Source: Oikopleura dioica (taxonomy: Eukaryota; Animalia; Chordata). From it: 64,000 nt of DNA. Shown one piece after another: positions 23,103-36,000 of this stretch. The notes under the pieces were generated by a model that made no database searches, was not told the origin of the DNA, and was given only the letters and a program-made list of their open reading frames with translations. The stretch spans positions 6,510,001 through 6,574,000 of the forward strand of contig OU015569.1 in NCBI GenBank assembly GCA_907165135.1, given 5' to 3'. Within the stretch, counting starts at the first letter, position 1, and every line of letters starts with the position of its first letter. The translations under genes and the position numbers were made by a program.

Positions 23103-25710
23103 ATGGAAAATGAGCGCATCAGCGAACCAGCCGATGCGGTCATCGCCCGCGAATCGGACCAGGCCGACAACGGCCAAGAAGTGCCGCCCGTTGACACAGT
23201 AAACCAACAGCCCAAGAAGCCCAAGGAGTTCTCCTCTGAGTTATCAGCGATTCTAACAACGTTAGGAGCTGCTGTTGGAACGGGAAACATCTGGCGTTTT
23301 CCTCGTATTCTCGCGCGCAACACCACCGATGGAGGAGGACTGCTCTTTGTTCTCAGGAAACGGTTCCATTCGACCTACAGAAATACTCGAGGAGAATATT
23401 TCGAACTGTATTAAGCTGGATGGTGTCTCTCTTCTGTTGGAGCATACCAATGATTATTGCCGAGTACGCCATAGGTCGCAAAGGAAAAATGATGCACGCC
23501 AATGCTTTCAGAAGATTTCTTGGTCCTAAGCACACTTGGAAGGGCATGTTTATTATTTTCGTTCAACTTGCAGTTTCGTGTTACTACATCGTGATCAATT
23601 CCTGGTGTATTTATTATCTCTTTTACACTATGTCGCACCCTCTACCTAGTAATGCCGAAGATTCTGGCGAGATTTTTCGTCATCTTACAGAAGAAACTGG
23701 CTGGCCCGCATTTCTTACTTTCCTCATTGGTAAACTTCTCATTTATTATCACGACGCTTATTGTTTTATAGCGTTGTTTGTTTACGCCAGCTTGTCAAAA
23801 GGAATCACGACAATCGAAAAGATAAATCTCTGTTGTGTGCCGATCCTCATCTTTCTCATTCTTGTCGGCTTCTACTACTCCCTATTTTTGCCAAAAGCAG
23901 CGCTTGGAGTCGCCCTTATCTTTCGAATGGACTGGTCGTCGCTCAAGGAACTTGATTACAATTAATATAATTAAGCTCATAAAACCATAACACAAGCAAA
24001 CTTCAGATAAGTCCCAAATTTTTCCCTCCTGAGTTCGGTACGGTCTCATTGCAAACCCATGTCACAACAAGTGCGCAGCACTCTTTGGGCCCAGGCTAGC
24101 TGTGTTGCGTCTCTTTCACCGTCTCCACCGTAGAACCGGTTCGTACTCTCAATGTGACAGTGGGTCGATACACTTGCGGCCCACCCACAAGAAGAAGAAG
24201 AAGAAAAAGAAGACGAGTCGAAGCGAGCTTGGTGTTCAGAGACGCTAGACACTTGGTTGTAAGTTTTGGAGCTGGAAAAACCAGCCGTATCCACTGAAAC
24301 TCTCGAAAGGCACTTGATCATTAAGTCTTGTCTTCTTCTTTCACCCAGTAAAATTGCCTCCTCTCATACATCGTCATAATAAAATCAAAAATAAGAAAGG
24401 TCAATTCCTCATCGACGGCCTTGCGCAAAATGCATGGGACACTGGCGCTGGCACTGGAGTTTTCCTTACGTATTCTACGATTATGCCGAAGTCACACAAA
24501 GTCGTTTTCTACAGTCTAATTACCCCTATTATTAATAACATGATTTCACTGATGATGGGAATAACTACTTTCGCCGCTGCTTTTGATTATCTAAGGGACG
24601 GTTTCGAGGTGCTACATCCGTTTTTCAAGGCCAGAAGTTCGAACACGGAACATTCGTGGTGCCTCTCACTTATAAAACCGTTAAAAGCCGCCATCATCCA
24701 GAAATCACACCAATGGGCATTCTCGAGATAATGAAGGAAAATGGCCCCGCGAACACGGGAATGACTCTCGTATGGATGCCAGTTTTTTTCGAAAACTTTC
24801 CGAATGGACGAGCAATCTGCACAATATTCTACCTTTGCTTGACCATAGCCGGCTTGACAAGCTTGATATCGATGACTGAGATGGTCGTTCGTCAAGTAAC
24901 ACACATGAAGATTCGTCGGAAGGTTGCCGCTCCTGCCGTCTGTGCGGCTGTGTGCGTCGGAGGCTTTTGCAACACGAATTTGAACATTTTGGCGAATCAA
25001 GACTATACTTGGGGATACGGATCTATCCTCTGCGGCGCATTCTTGTGCTATTTAATCACTAGAATCGGCGTAGAAGATGTCCGTGTTGATTTCCTCAACA
25101 AAATATCAGCAGAAATCAAAGACTACAAAGTCCCGAAAGGTATCTCTATTTGAAATCAAAAGATCCTAAAATTTATCAAGCATGGGGAATTCTGATAGCT
25201 CTTCTTGTGCCCTTTCAAATATTTCTGATATTCATGTGGTGGATTGAAGAAAACGCCAGGAAAAGTCATCTCGCGCGCAAAGAACTCATTCTCGAGCATA
25301 TCCGCAACGGAACTTGGGATCCGCACAATAGACGAATTAACAGACCCCCAGAGCTTCATGTATGTCTTCAGCGAAACAGAAATATAATTCGCCTTCTCGA
25401 AGTTGTCTTAATAAAACTGTTAAGGATGACTTCATTTGGTGCATTCTGCAATGGACTCTTGTTATGATTGTTCTCAGTATGTTGAATAGAGCTTACGATT
25501 TGAAATGGAAGCAGAAATTCCAAGTTTTCGGCAAGTCTATTTCTTTAGGAAATTTTTAATTCGCTACTCATAGATGATCCTGAGCCAGAACCGGAGCCAT
25601 CGCCACCGCAGCAGGATGGAAGCACTATTGAAAATCCAAAGTATGAAGTTTCCGATCTGCCAACTTACGAAGAAGTTACTCGCTCTCCAGTCACACTCAA
25701 TCCTACGTGA
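23103..25710 (+). CDS. Sodium:neurotransmitter symporter (SLC6/NSS) family transporter, prokaryote-like subtype
   Basis: TM1 LGAAVGTGNIWRFPRI; WSIPMIIAEYAIGR; TM6 IDGLAQNAWDTGAG; GNTGMTLVWMP; AGLTSLISMTE; NQDYTWG. The C-terminal tail has LPTY. About 8 introns. Confidence 0.9.
24046..24321 (-). other. 91-codon antisense ORF inside the long (448-nt) intron of the SLC6 gene
   Basis: From the ORF track; it lies wholly within the inferred intron 23948-24395. It has a Ser run and a Cys-containing C-terminal half. No family recognised. Confidence 0.3.
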
Positions 25711-27685
25711 GTGTATAATGAAAATATAATAATTATTGATATAAAGTGGTGGTGACCAAAAAGGTCGGATCTTGAATATTTTCCATTTTCACCAAGAAAA
25801 TGACTAACGTGAGACCATTTTTAAAAATGTTATCGGTCGCCTGACGCAAGTCAGAAAATCCCTCTCTCATCCTCTTAGTTTATTTTCCAGTAGAAAGAAA
25901 AAGAGAGAACATAGAGAATAAGAGAATAATTGTTTAATGAAAATCAGCTGGTTGCCTTCAATGACCTAAGGTCGGACCCCTTAATAAGGTTTCCTTCGTT
26001 ACTGAGGGTAAGGGTTTTGAAATTCATGAAAAATAAAGAAAGGCATAAGTAAGGGCTAAGGACTTTCCTTACTAAGGCCTATAATAAAATTGTGATAATA
26101 AAATTGCATTTAGGAATCTATCGGCCACATTTACCAACCCAGCATTCACTCCTCGCTAAAAACAATCCAAATACCTTTATCTTATTTCTGTAGTAGCCCT
26201 TTTCCCTTCGAAATCTTTAATTTATTTTGTATTTTTCTATCTCCAACTGTTCCTCTCTTTTGTGATGGAAGAAATCATGAGTCCTCTATGATTTCAGTGC
26301 AGCGCATTTTTCGCGACGGTACGTCTCAAATGCAATTTTTATTATAAAAAAAAATTCACTTCAACTAATTTCAATCAAAGTAATTTAGCTTTCTCTTCTT
26401 TACTCATTCTGTTTAACTTTAGTTCAGTGTATTAATTTTTTCATTAGTATACTGTTTATTGCCGAAAACCATCTCATTACTTCTGTGCATTTTAACTCCT
26501 GCAAAAACTCATATATATTTCTTTCTTCATCAAAAATAGACAAAATTTCAGAGCTAAAACAATCCGCTAGTCTAAACTTCCTAATCCTATAATATTTACG
26601 GGTTTGCCTCCATCCGGAAAAATTTCAAGCGATAACAAATCTTAGCTTCTTTTTTAAGAAAAAAAAACTCGTAGTTACAGATATTGATAATTAATCGGGG
26701 AGTGGGAGCACGCGCAGATTTCTTAGCACTTTTGAGAATAAATAATATAATGGTTGGGTTGATGAATTTCACGAATGAATTAGCATTTTCGCGCTGCCGA
26801 TCTCGTCGGATCAATTTTTGAGTTTTATTGAGTAACTCGATTAGGCGATTTTTGAGGAAAGGTTTCAGCTCTTAATGCGGCCGCGAGACAGCCGAAAATC
26901 GGATGAATTCGAAATTGCATTTTTGGGAAGGCGAAAAATGCCCCAGGGAATGTGTCCAAAAGGGGGCCACACGCTCGGCCTGTTTCAAATATTTTTTTCG
27001 AAAACAGAAAGACGAGCATCGATTTTTGAAAAAAGGGGAACGCAAGAGCTGAATTTCAAGGAAAAAACTTCTTTCGCAGCAGTTTTCAGAGGAAACAAGA
27101 TGAAGGTAATCAATCAACGTTAATTGGAGCTTTTTTTTTTGGGAATGAAATAATTTCGGGAAAAGTGAATTATGTGCTAACAAAAAGTAGAAATGTCAAA
27201 AGTATGTGGATAGGAGCAAAAAGAAATTGAGAAAATCGCCACAGCAGCGGCTGACATTTCTAAATCTCTCAGAAATCGCGTGACGCGCCATTTGGAGAGA
27301 GCGCCATTTCCGCCAAAAATATTTCGGGAACCACTTAAAACGCACATTGTTTTCTCAACCTTGGCAGCGTTGCAAGAATCCCTAAACTCGTTTTTAGGAA
27401 TTACGCTCGCTTTTCTTTTCAGGAAACAGTGTCGAGCAAAGCCTAAGAAAATCCAATTGAAGATAAAAATTAGGCTCGAGTGAGAAATTAGAAAGTACGT
27501 TATTGATTGAGTGCGATAAACGCGAGCTATCTGCGGCTCCTTCATTCGTTTATTTTGTTATCTTTATTATGTAATTCTATTTTGTCTCCGGGGATGATTC
27601 TTTTTATCAAAAAATTTCTCAAGGAGCGCGCATGAGAATATTCAAATTCCGCCGCTCATATCCGAAATCTCACTTATCACTTCAA

Positions 27686-28058
27686 TTACGCAAAACAACC
27701 AACACAGAAAGTGCCAGTATACCAGTTTAATTGATTACAAGCGCGGCATGAAAAATTTTCCATTTTGAGTAGGGGCTCGTCACTCACTTTGCATAAAGGC
27801 AAACCGCCAACATCTGATAAATTTCTAGCGTTATGATTTTTTTCGTATTCCCAATTTTTGGGCGGCGTTTTTGGAGTGGCCGCCTCATCCGGGCTCTGTG
27901 GTCGAAGGCGAAATCCATTTTGAGAGCGCCACAGGATTTCCATTGTGCACCAACGACTACAAATTTCACCCACTCAAGGGGCGAAAACAATCACTTCTGT
28001 ATATGGCCTACTGTATATCTCCGACCACTCTTCTTCTTCGTCTTTATCGGCTTTGAAA
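27686..28058 (-). CDS. Small protein ending in a RanBP2-type (C4) zinc finger
   Basis: The 3' ORF ends FSCRACNQLNWYTGTFCVGCFA*, an exact C-x2-C-x3-N-x6-C-x2-C pattern, preceded by Pro-rich TPKTPPK. A GTAGGC...TGTAG intron lies upstream (~27963-28016). The 5' end is unresolved. Confidence 0.5.
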
Positions 28059-30149
28059 GGGACACCCTCTGTTTCGCAGGTTTGGCCTGGCACTGGCTGG
28101 CTGACGCACTAATTTAATTTACTCGCAAAAAATTGCCAGAAGCTGATATATTTGGTTACCAAATATCATTCTGCCACCCCCGAAACACAATGGTGTAGTT
28201 GTCAAAATTATCGCGCGCAAAATTTACCACAATATCATACTTTCTATTTTAAGGAATCGAATGGAGATATTAATGAGTCGCGCGAAATTTGTTTTTCACA
28301 TCAGCTCAGCGATGTTTTGAATGAAATCGTCTTTGCTTTGTTTCTCTCACAAGCAGTCATTTACACTTTGAATTTTCTTTCTTTTGCAGTAAACAACGCA
28401 CTAAAGGAACGACTAAGTACGTGGAGCGCTTGATTCCTCCTTTTCTCCGGCGGCTTAATTTTCAGAAATCATAAATTGGGAAGTTATAATTTTGGCGTTC
28501 GACAAAGGGCTCTTTATTTGCTCCAAAATATAGCAACAAGGAGATTTTGATGGAAATTTTTTGTGTTTTGAGTGCTTCATTCTCGCTATTTTTACTGTCT
28601 ATAAATAAGGAGGGAGCATAATTTTGGATGAATTGTGAGTGATTGATGCGGGCACGTTTCAAAATTGCACCGCGAAAAAGAGCTCTGTCAACCTTTCGCA
28701 ATATAATTTGTTGACCTCGGCTGGATCACTTAAAGCAGCGCGCTATAGCTACTAAAAGCTTTTAATGATTTCTTAATCTTGTGGATTTCGCGAGCACTTT
28801 TTGAGTAAATTCACATTTGTGAAATTTCAAACCTTGAAACTGGCTCAAAGCGAAATGTGATCGCCTCGCGCAAATCCGAAAAAGAAATTTTGTCCTTCGT
28901 CACGCTCACGATCAAAAGAGAAGAGAAACAAAAAACCGAAAACCTTTTTTTCACTTCTGACTCGGATTCTCCCTTCTAGCGCGCTCCACAAAGTAGGAGC
29001 GATTTAATTAAATTATCAAAAATATCAAATGCTAATTGCCTCATTACCCCTCTAAATATAAACCTTCCTAATGTAATTTCTCAATTTGTGGCCTTTCATT
29101 TCCCCCATCAAAGATTACGCTCTATAAACACAAACCTGTTACGTTTCCGACTAGATCGCAACCGATCTTTGGAAATCGAGTTTTCAGCCTTTTATTAACC
29201 TACTGCGGGTTAATTGCATGTTTTGGCGGCCCCCTCTGATCACCAAAAAGAAAATCATCAAATTTTGGACAATCGAATTTGCGCTTTTTCTTCTAGCGAA
29301 ATCATCGCAGCGCGCCACTGTTTTTGATGAGGACTGGCCTTGGCGTAAAAAATCTAAAAAGTGGCTTGGAATTGCAATTGAAAATAGCACTGCGGCCGGA
29401 AATATCTCCTCTCAAAGTGGAAATTTCGAGGTTTTGGGCGGCATTTCGCATCGAATCGCCCTATAATGGCGAGCTTGAGACATTCTTCTGAAATTTTCAA
29501 AATCAAATGGTGCCGTCCTGGCGCTTAAAAATCATTTTTACTAGCGCCCCTCATTATTATCAAAGAAACACAGGAATGGTTAGAACTTCCCTTCTCTTTG
29601 CTGCTTAGAAATTAGAGTTTGCATTTATGTAAGAAGAATTGGTTTTACGTTAACTGTAGTTATATATTTTATAACTCGTCCTCTATTTATGGCCAAATAT
29701 AGCGTATATAAATATCGTTAGGCGTTATTTCATTTGCGCATATCTTTTATTACGAATAAAGCGATATAATGAGAGTTATCTAAGATAAGAACTTAAGCTT
29801 TAAAGTCCTGTTCCATAACCTTAGGTTAAAATTTCTACAATTTACATTAATCCGTTAATAACCCAAAATTTTTAATGATTATATTTTTTTTTGTAATTAT
29901 TTTAAGGTAAGATAATGAAGATAGTGAAATATCTTAAACTTAGGTTACTATTTACTGATTTAGATAACTCCGATTACTTCATTTTGTCCGACTTTAAAAT
30001 GAATAAAAGCTCAATGATATATCATTGATGTTGCTAACGCAAGATTGGTATTGTACTACCAATTGTACTATTGGTATATTAAGAGTTGGAGCCAATAATA
30101 GTTCAATTTAAAAAATCAAATAAAAAGTAAAATTTTTCAAAAATTGATT

Positions 30150-30335
30150 TTAAACTAGGACGCATTGAACGGCAAATTGAAGGTCTAAGGATGTGCATTT
30201 GAATTTGAAATCACATAACCAATATTCTGGCTTTGGATAGCGTTTCGGAGGTGGCCGCGGCGGTGTGCGCTGGCGCTGAGTGAGCGCCACCTCTTGAATA
30301 GTTTTCCGAATCACAATTGATAAAAATGGAATTTT
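30150..30335 (-). CDS. Exon with a Pro-rich tract and a degenerate RanBP2-like finger
   Basis: After a CAACAG acceptor the frame reads KIPFLSIVIRKTIQEVALTQRQRTPPRPPPKRYPKPEYWLCDFKFKCTSLDLQFAVQCVLV*. The pattern is W-x-C-x5-C-x3-D-x6-C, lacking the fourth Cys. Below the ORF-track cutoff. Confidence 0.35.
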   Translation of the reverse strand, partial: KIPFLSIVIRKTIQEVALTQRQRTPPRPPPKRYPKPEYWLCDFKFKCTSLDLQFAVQCVLV

Positions 30336-33076
30336 CTGTTGTTACGCCAAACTCGAAAATTGTTGTACCCTTAAATAGTATAATTTTCATTATCTCGAAA
30401 ATTTTCGTTTGACAATGCGAAAAAACAGCAAACGCCATCCGCGACCAGCTCGCACCCGACCATCCCGAAAGAGCCAACCTTGGACAGAGTCAAAATGAGA
30501 GATAAACGGACAATAACTTATTTTATCAGAGAAGCCCAGAAAAATTAAAGCAAGGTATTTAAATTAAAAAATAAGAGTTTCGTAGATTCACGTTTTTAAT
30601 AATCTTAGTTCTATAAAATTGGAAGTCACATATAATAAAATTCAATTTCTAATTTAAATTTATACGTTTTCTTAATTTCTAAGCGGCTTCTTATTTTTCT
30701 AGTTCAGGGAAATTGAAAACCCGCTTAGAAGTTAGAAGGCGCTTCTTAATTTAATATGTATGAAAATAACTAATTTGTTCGCAATGAATAAATATAATCC
30801 AAAATTGCTTCAATTGATCTTATGAGTTTGTATTTGCGAGATAAAAATATGCTCAAATGGTAAAATTTCGTTTTTATTTTTGAAGGAGAAAATCGCATTG
30901 TAGCCCGCGACCGCAAAATTTCGACAAAGCTAATTGCGCTCGCGGAATGAAAGTCTGCTCTGGAATTTGTTATTTGGCGAATTCGAAATTTCTGGGAAGG
31001 ATTCGAGGTTTGCGACAACCACGCTACCGCATCAAACTCATTTTCCACCCATACGAACTCATTCTCAACTCGAAAAGTAGAATAGCATTAATCCCATGCT
31101 GATAACAAGTTATCGTAGATACACAGAATAGAGGGTCTCTTATTTTTCACTTCTCTTATAAAGATTATAAAGAGATTATCAGAACTCTAGATTTGTAACA
31201 TATTATGTAGACTACATAATGGAGTTGGAATAAGTGATTTATTGAAGTGTGATCAAAGAGCTCAAATGTCCGACATTTATGAAAAGCTGAGATTATAGGT
31301 AATTTCTCGGCGTGTTCAATTAAAAAGACATTAGACATGTTTGACTTAAATTACACCAACACTCGATTACTTTTTTATGTTGTGTTTAAAATTGGACGCC
31401 GCAATAAGGATTATTTATAGAACTATTTTATACTTTCATTTTTCTCAAGATAAAAGACACGACTTAGGGACTTATTTACAGTTAGAGGAGGTTACCGTAG
31501 ATTGAAGTTCAGAAAGTTTATCGAAGACTCGTGAAATTTCTGTCTGAAAAATGTTTTGGCTTAGAGCCTTTGTTTTGTCGAAATTATGCGGTTGCGGCGT
31601 CAATTAAATGCGCCTCTTTTTCAGAATTCCGAAAATGAAAAAAAAATCTTTTCGAAATTTTTTACGTTTTCGTCGCCGCTGTTTCGGTGCTACGCCCTGA
31701 TCGCGCCAGCAATTCGTAATTTTGAATTTTTGACGCGAATTTTTCGAATTATGTCAATGCGTAAGTACGAGCCTGGGCATGTAATTGCACCCATCGCACC
31801 ACCAAATATTTGGCGCTGCGAAATAATTCTAATCTAGATTTTTCTTCCGGCCACTTTTTTTTATTTTATTTTCTTATTTCTTAGATACACAGAGCGATTA
31901 CTGTAAATGCGGTACAATAGGCAAGTTCAAAGAGTGAGAGAGAGCTTCCGTGGACGCTTTCCGCGGCGCTAGAAAATTTAGGCCTCTTGAATATCGAAAT
32001 TGAAAATTTCTCCAAGGCCCTTGAATTTTTGATTTGAATTTTCGCCGCTAAAAATTCACCACAAATCGAAATAAAGGGAAATGATATTCTCACTGTTTCC
32101 TTTTTTTTCAAATGCTCGAATTTTTTGAATTGAAGGAAATTCTACTGCTGAGTCGTTTTTAAAGTTTTTGTTAATGACTTGTTTTGGATTCCAACTTGGT
32201 TTTTTCGGAAATGGAAATTAGAAAAAATCACTCAAGCTGGGAAAGTGTCTTTATTTATCGTTTACGGCGGGAGAGTCACCCGGTGAATACCTTTTTATAA
32301 TTATTCAACTTATAAATATCGAAAGCTGACCCCGGAAATATTCCTCCTCCGCGGGGAATATTTGCCCTTTCAACTTCCAGACCTTTCTTCTTTCTTCGAT
32401 TAGACAATAGAAAACGTCGCTAGAATCGAGCAGAATCGGGGTTGAGCTTTAAAAAGTTGATTTTCTAAATTTTTTCGTGATTTAGCGCGGCGCTGTTTCG
32501 GTTTGTGCTGCCAGTGGCAGCCCCATTGTGTGTTGGCTTTTCATTTTAAAATGACATTTATTGAAAAATGTTGGAAAGCTATTGCGTCCTGCCGAGACAC
32601 TCTCAAAAACGCACTTTTCCGAGAATGCCCACAAATGATGAGAGCGAAATTTTTGGGCGATTGTTCGCGCTTATTAAACAAAATCACCTTCAAGAGAGAA
32701 AAATTGTTTCAGCAAGAGAGAGATCCTGGGAAAACAGCAAACATCGTCGAAGTAATATAGAAATCTTTTGATTAAAAAATGCGTATGATTTTTTTCTTTA
32801 TTTTGATTTTTCTAAGAACGTGAAGAGGAAATTTTGCGGCGCCCCATTTCGGAAATTTTTAATTTCGCCGCTGCGAATTCCAAATTTCGAGAATTTTTTG
32901 AGATAATTTGGAACTCGAGACTTTCATGCTTTTTATTGAAAGTCCCGTTTTTCTGATATTTTCATTTCGAAATAATAAAAAGCCGAACTTGAACTTCCAG
33001 AGTAAATCATCCATTTCAAAAGCATTTCTATTTCCCCCTTTTATCAAAGACAGAAAAGAAACGAGAATTTTTCAGA

Positions 33077-36000
33077 ATGACTCCCGATGGACGCCTTCCA
33101 AGTTTGACAAGTTCTCTTAGAAGCGAAACGATCAACAACAAAGTCCGAAAAAATCAACTTCCAGGTACTGCTCATAATTTTAAGGGTAGAACATGAAATC
33201 GGCGCGGCCTGTCCGCTCAAATTTGTTAAAGAAATTATTTAGTAACAAAAAAACCGGATTAAGATTAAAATTTAGATTAATATTGCTTATTATTCAACAA
33301 ATAATTTTATATAACCACTTTTTATAAGTATTTATACTTGTTAACATTATTAATTATTATTTTTAGTGAAAAGCAAGCGACGTCGGACTACTTCGTTTTT
33401 CTCCAACTGGCAGCAGTACACGGAAGAAGAAAAGAACAGCTTCTGTCGTCTGAATAACCGCTCTTTTTCCGAATTCAAAAGAGCGCGCGACTCTGCCGCC
33501 AAACTCGCCCTCCGTAAGTCAGAAGCCATTTTGATTATTCCACGGCGAAATCATCAAACGACGAAAAAAGATTTAATTAACTTTTTTTATATTTGAAGAA
33601 TTATCAAAAGGCTTGTGCTTTATCTTGCGTAACCAGTCTCAAACTCGCAACTTTTCCGGTCTTTTTACGTGCGTGAAACTAAGTGATACATCTTTGAACT
33701 TTTTTCGTTTAAAAAAATCAAAAGAGTTTATTTTATAACGATTCCAATTACTAGAAACATAAAAATGGATCGACAAAAAGTTTTGGTGTTACATTTAGAG
33801 TTGATTTGTTTTTAGAAAAATATAAAATGAAGATCTTCTACTTGAATTTTGCCCGAAAGTTAACACAGTGACACCCTTATTTAACTTCCTTCCGAAACCC
33901 TTAAAAGTTCAAGCCAGCCGAAAATAATAAAAAAAATATTTCCAAGTTGATGTGCCGAATGTTCGATAAGGAGTGTTATCTATTCTGTAAGTCGACTGAA
34001 GCGTGAAGAGTTCGTTTTGAGAATTCTCGAGCTATATTTTGCCTGAGCTTCTCGCTCTAGGAATTTCCCCTTGGCTGGATTTACGCCGCGATGAATATTT
34101 TCGATAAAAAAACATTTTAAAAACAAAATAATTTTTCTTTATCTCGCCAGATGCTGGCTGGTCTCAGTTGTCGGACATTCTCCAAATTGCCAAAGACGCA
34201 TTTTTCCGAAAATATTTTTTAAGACAAGAAGAAGAAGAATCAATGCCCGTTTTGCGAGAAAAGCTACCAACAGCTAGTCACCTTCAGGAGACACCTGGTC
34301 GCCCACTTCCACTGCACCCAGAGCAGCAATCCCTGCAATCAGGTTCGTGCTTTTTCGCGCCGAAATTTGGCGCTGAAATCAAAGACAATGGCTGTTTAGT
34401 TAATTAAGTTAATTATGCTGGCGTCAGGGGCCCGTTAAAACGCGAAATTTCGGCCAGATGTAAAAACCGTGTTTTATGATGCTCAAACGAGTAAAAATTC
34501 AGATATTTTTATGAGCGTCAATGTTTTAAGGGCAGGAATGCGGCCAAAAATATTAATTGGCGTAATTGTGAAAAGAAGTGCTATTTTCGGTGGAAGCGAG
34601 TTTTGTAATTTTGGACTTGAAAACGTTAGCATTTGAAATGTTGCCATTTTTGGTCTCTCTGATATTTGAGCTCGTCTTTCGAATCTCGGACATTTTCTGC
34701 CACCACCATGACGCAAGGTGACCTTTGAGGCGGCATTTTTGAAGAAAAATTTGTTCAAATCCGAGTTCCATCGGCGCTAGAACTGATCCGATCGGCGATC
34801 GCCCAGTGAATAAATTTTACCCTCATTTGAAATTCGGGGTCGCAGCCCAGCGGACGTTCCAAAGCCCAAAATTTTTCATCCTTTTTTTTCAACCAAAGCA
34901 GATAAAAATTCACCCCCGGGTTGAGCGTTTGCATTTTCAAATCAATGAAACTGCTATAAAATCGAAACCTAGCCGTAAAATTATCTAGCGATAGTTTTAG
35001 TCTGGGCGGCGGGTCGGTCTTTCAAGCGCCTTAAGAAAAGCTTTTTTAATATTTTTATTGCAAATTTTTATTATGAGCGTTTTGGCTGTGCGTTAGGCTG
35101 ACTATTGACAAAGGGCGACATAAAATTTTGCTCCGCTCAGTTGATCATTAAAAGCTCGCCGCAGTTGCCAAAAACTTGGACGCGGCTCGCTTCAAAAAAT
35201 ATGTTCAATGAAGAAAATGAAAAATAAAGATTTTTTTCAACTCCCTTTGAAAATTGAAGTGAGTCTTTCGATCTTTCGCGCGCGTGGAAAGAGAGTGCAA
35301 CGAAGTAAAATACAGTAATCCCGAGCCCGTAAGTACAGTCGACTCAGCGTCCCAGTGAAATTTTCCTTTCAAACTTTTATTCAAACAGAAAAGCGCAGAA
35401 GTAGAATTTTTCGATCAAAAGAGGAAACAATAGCCTTGGGAATTTGCTCTCCATGGTGAACCGTGCTCGGACTGAGAAAATTTTTTCTCGCTTCTTTTTT
35501 TCTAGTTTTTTCATAAAATCAGAATATATGTTTTTTCCGCGAGTTGTTTACTCAGAAATTTTCTTGAACTCGAGCATCATAATGTGGTGCGAATTTTTGC
35601 ACATTTTTGGAGACAACAATGTTATTCGCACATGAGACGAGTAGAGAGTGGTAGAATAGAAGCGCCGCTGCAGTAAGAGCAACAGTAAGTGGAGGACTAA
35701 ATTGGTGGAGAAAGATTTGATTAGCAGTGCTGGAATCTGAGCGGCGCGGATTGTTTAGGGCGCAATTACTTACCAAAATCGGCTTGTCGTAAAATTTAAA
35801 AACTGAAAATTTTTATATCACCTGATTAGACGCGCCTGCCTGGCGGCTAAAAGGTCACAATCAAAGCCGATCTGAAAACTCTTAATGATTGATCCCCTTA
35901 AAAATGTTTCTTAAGAATGATTTTCGTTGTTTATTCAGCTCTTCTGAACTTGGGGGAGTTTCTCAAGTTCGGGCCAGAGCTTTAAAAATATTGGCTTTGC

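Noticed and set aside
22681-23103. USP22 and SLC6 as an operon
   Set aside because: The ~420-bp AT-rich gap is much longer than the tight spacer at 7.1 kb and has room for independent 3' processing and a promoter.
25740-26080. Possible MITE ends (GTGGTGGT... / GACCCCTTAA) resembling sequence at ~61630
   Set aside because: The matches are too short, and no paired terminal repeats or target duplication could be defined.
27080-27483. Possible plus-strand exons (EQKEIEKIATAAADISKSLRNRVTRHLER)
   Set aside because: The implied intron would be only 12 nt, and there is no supported start or family.
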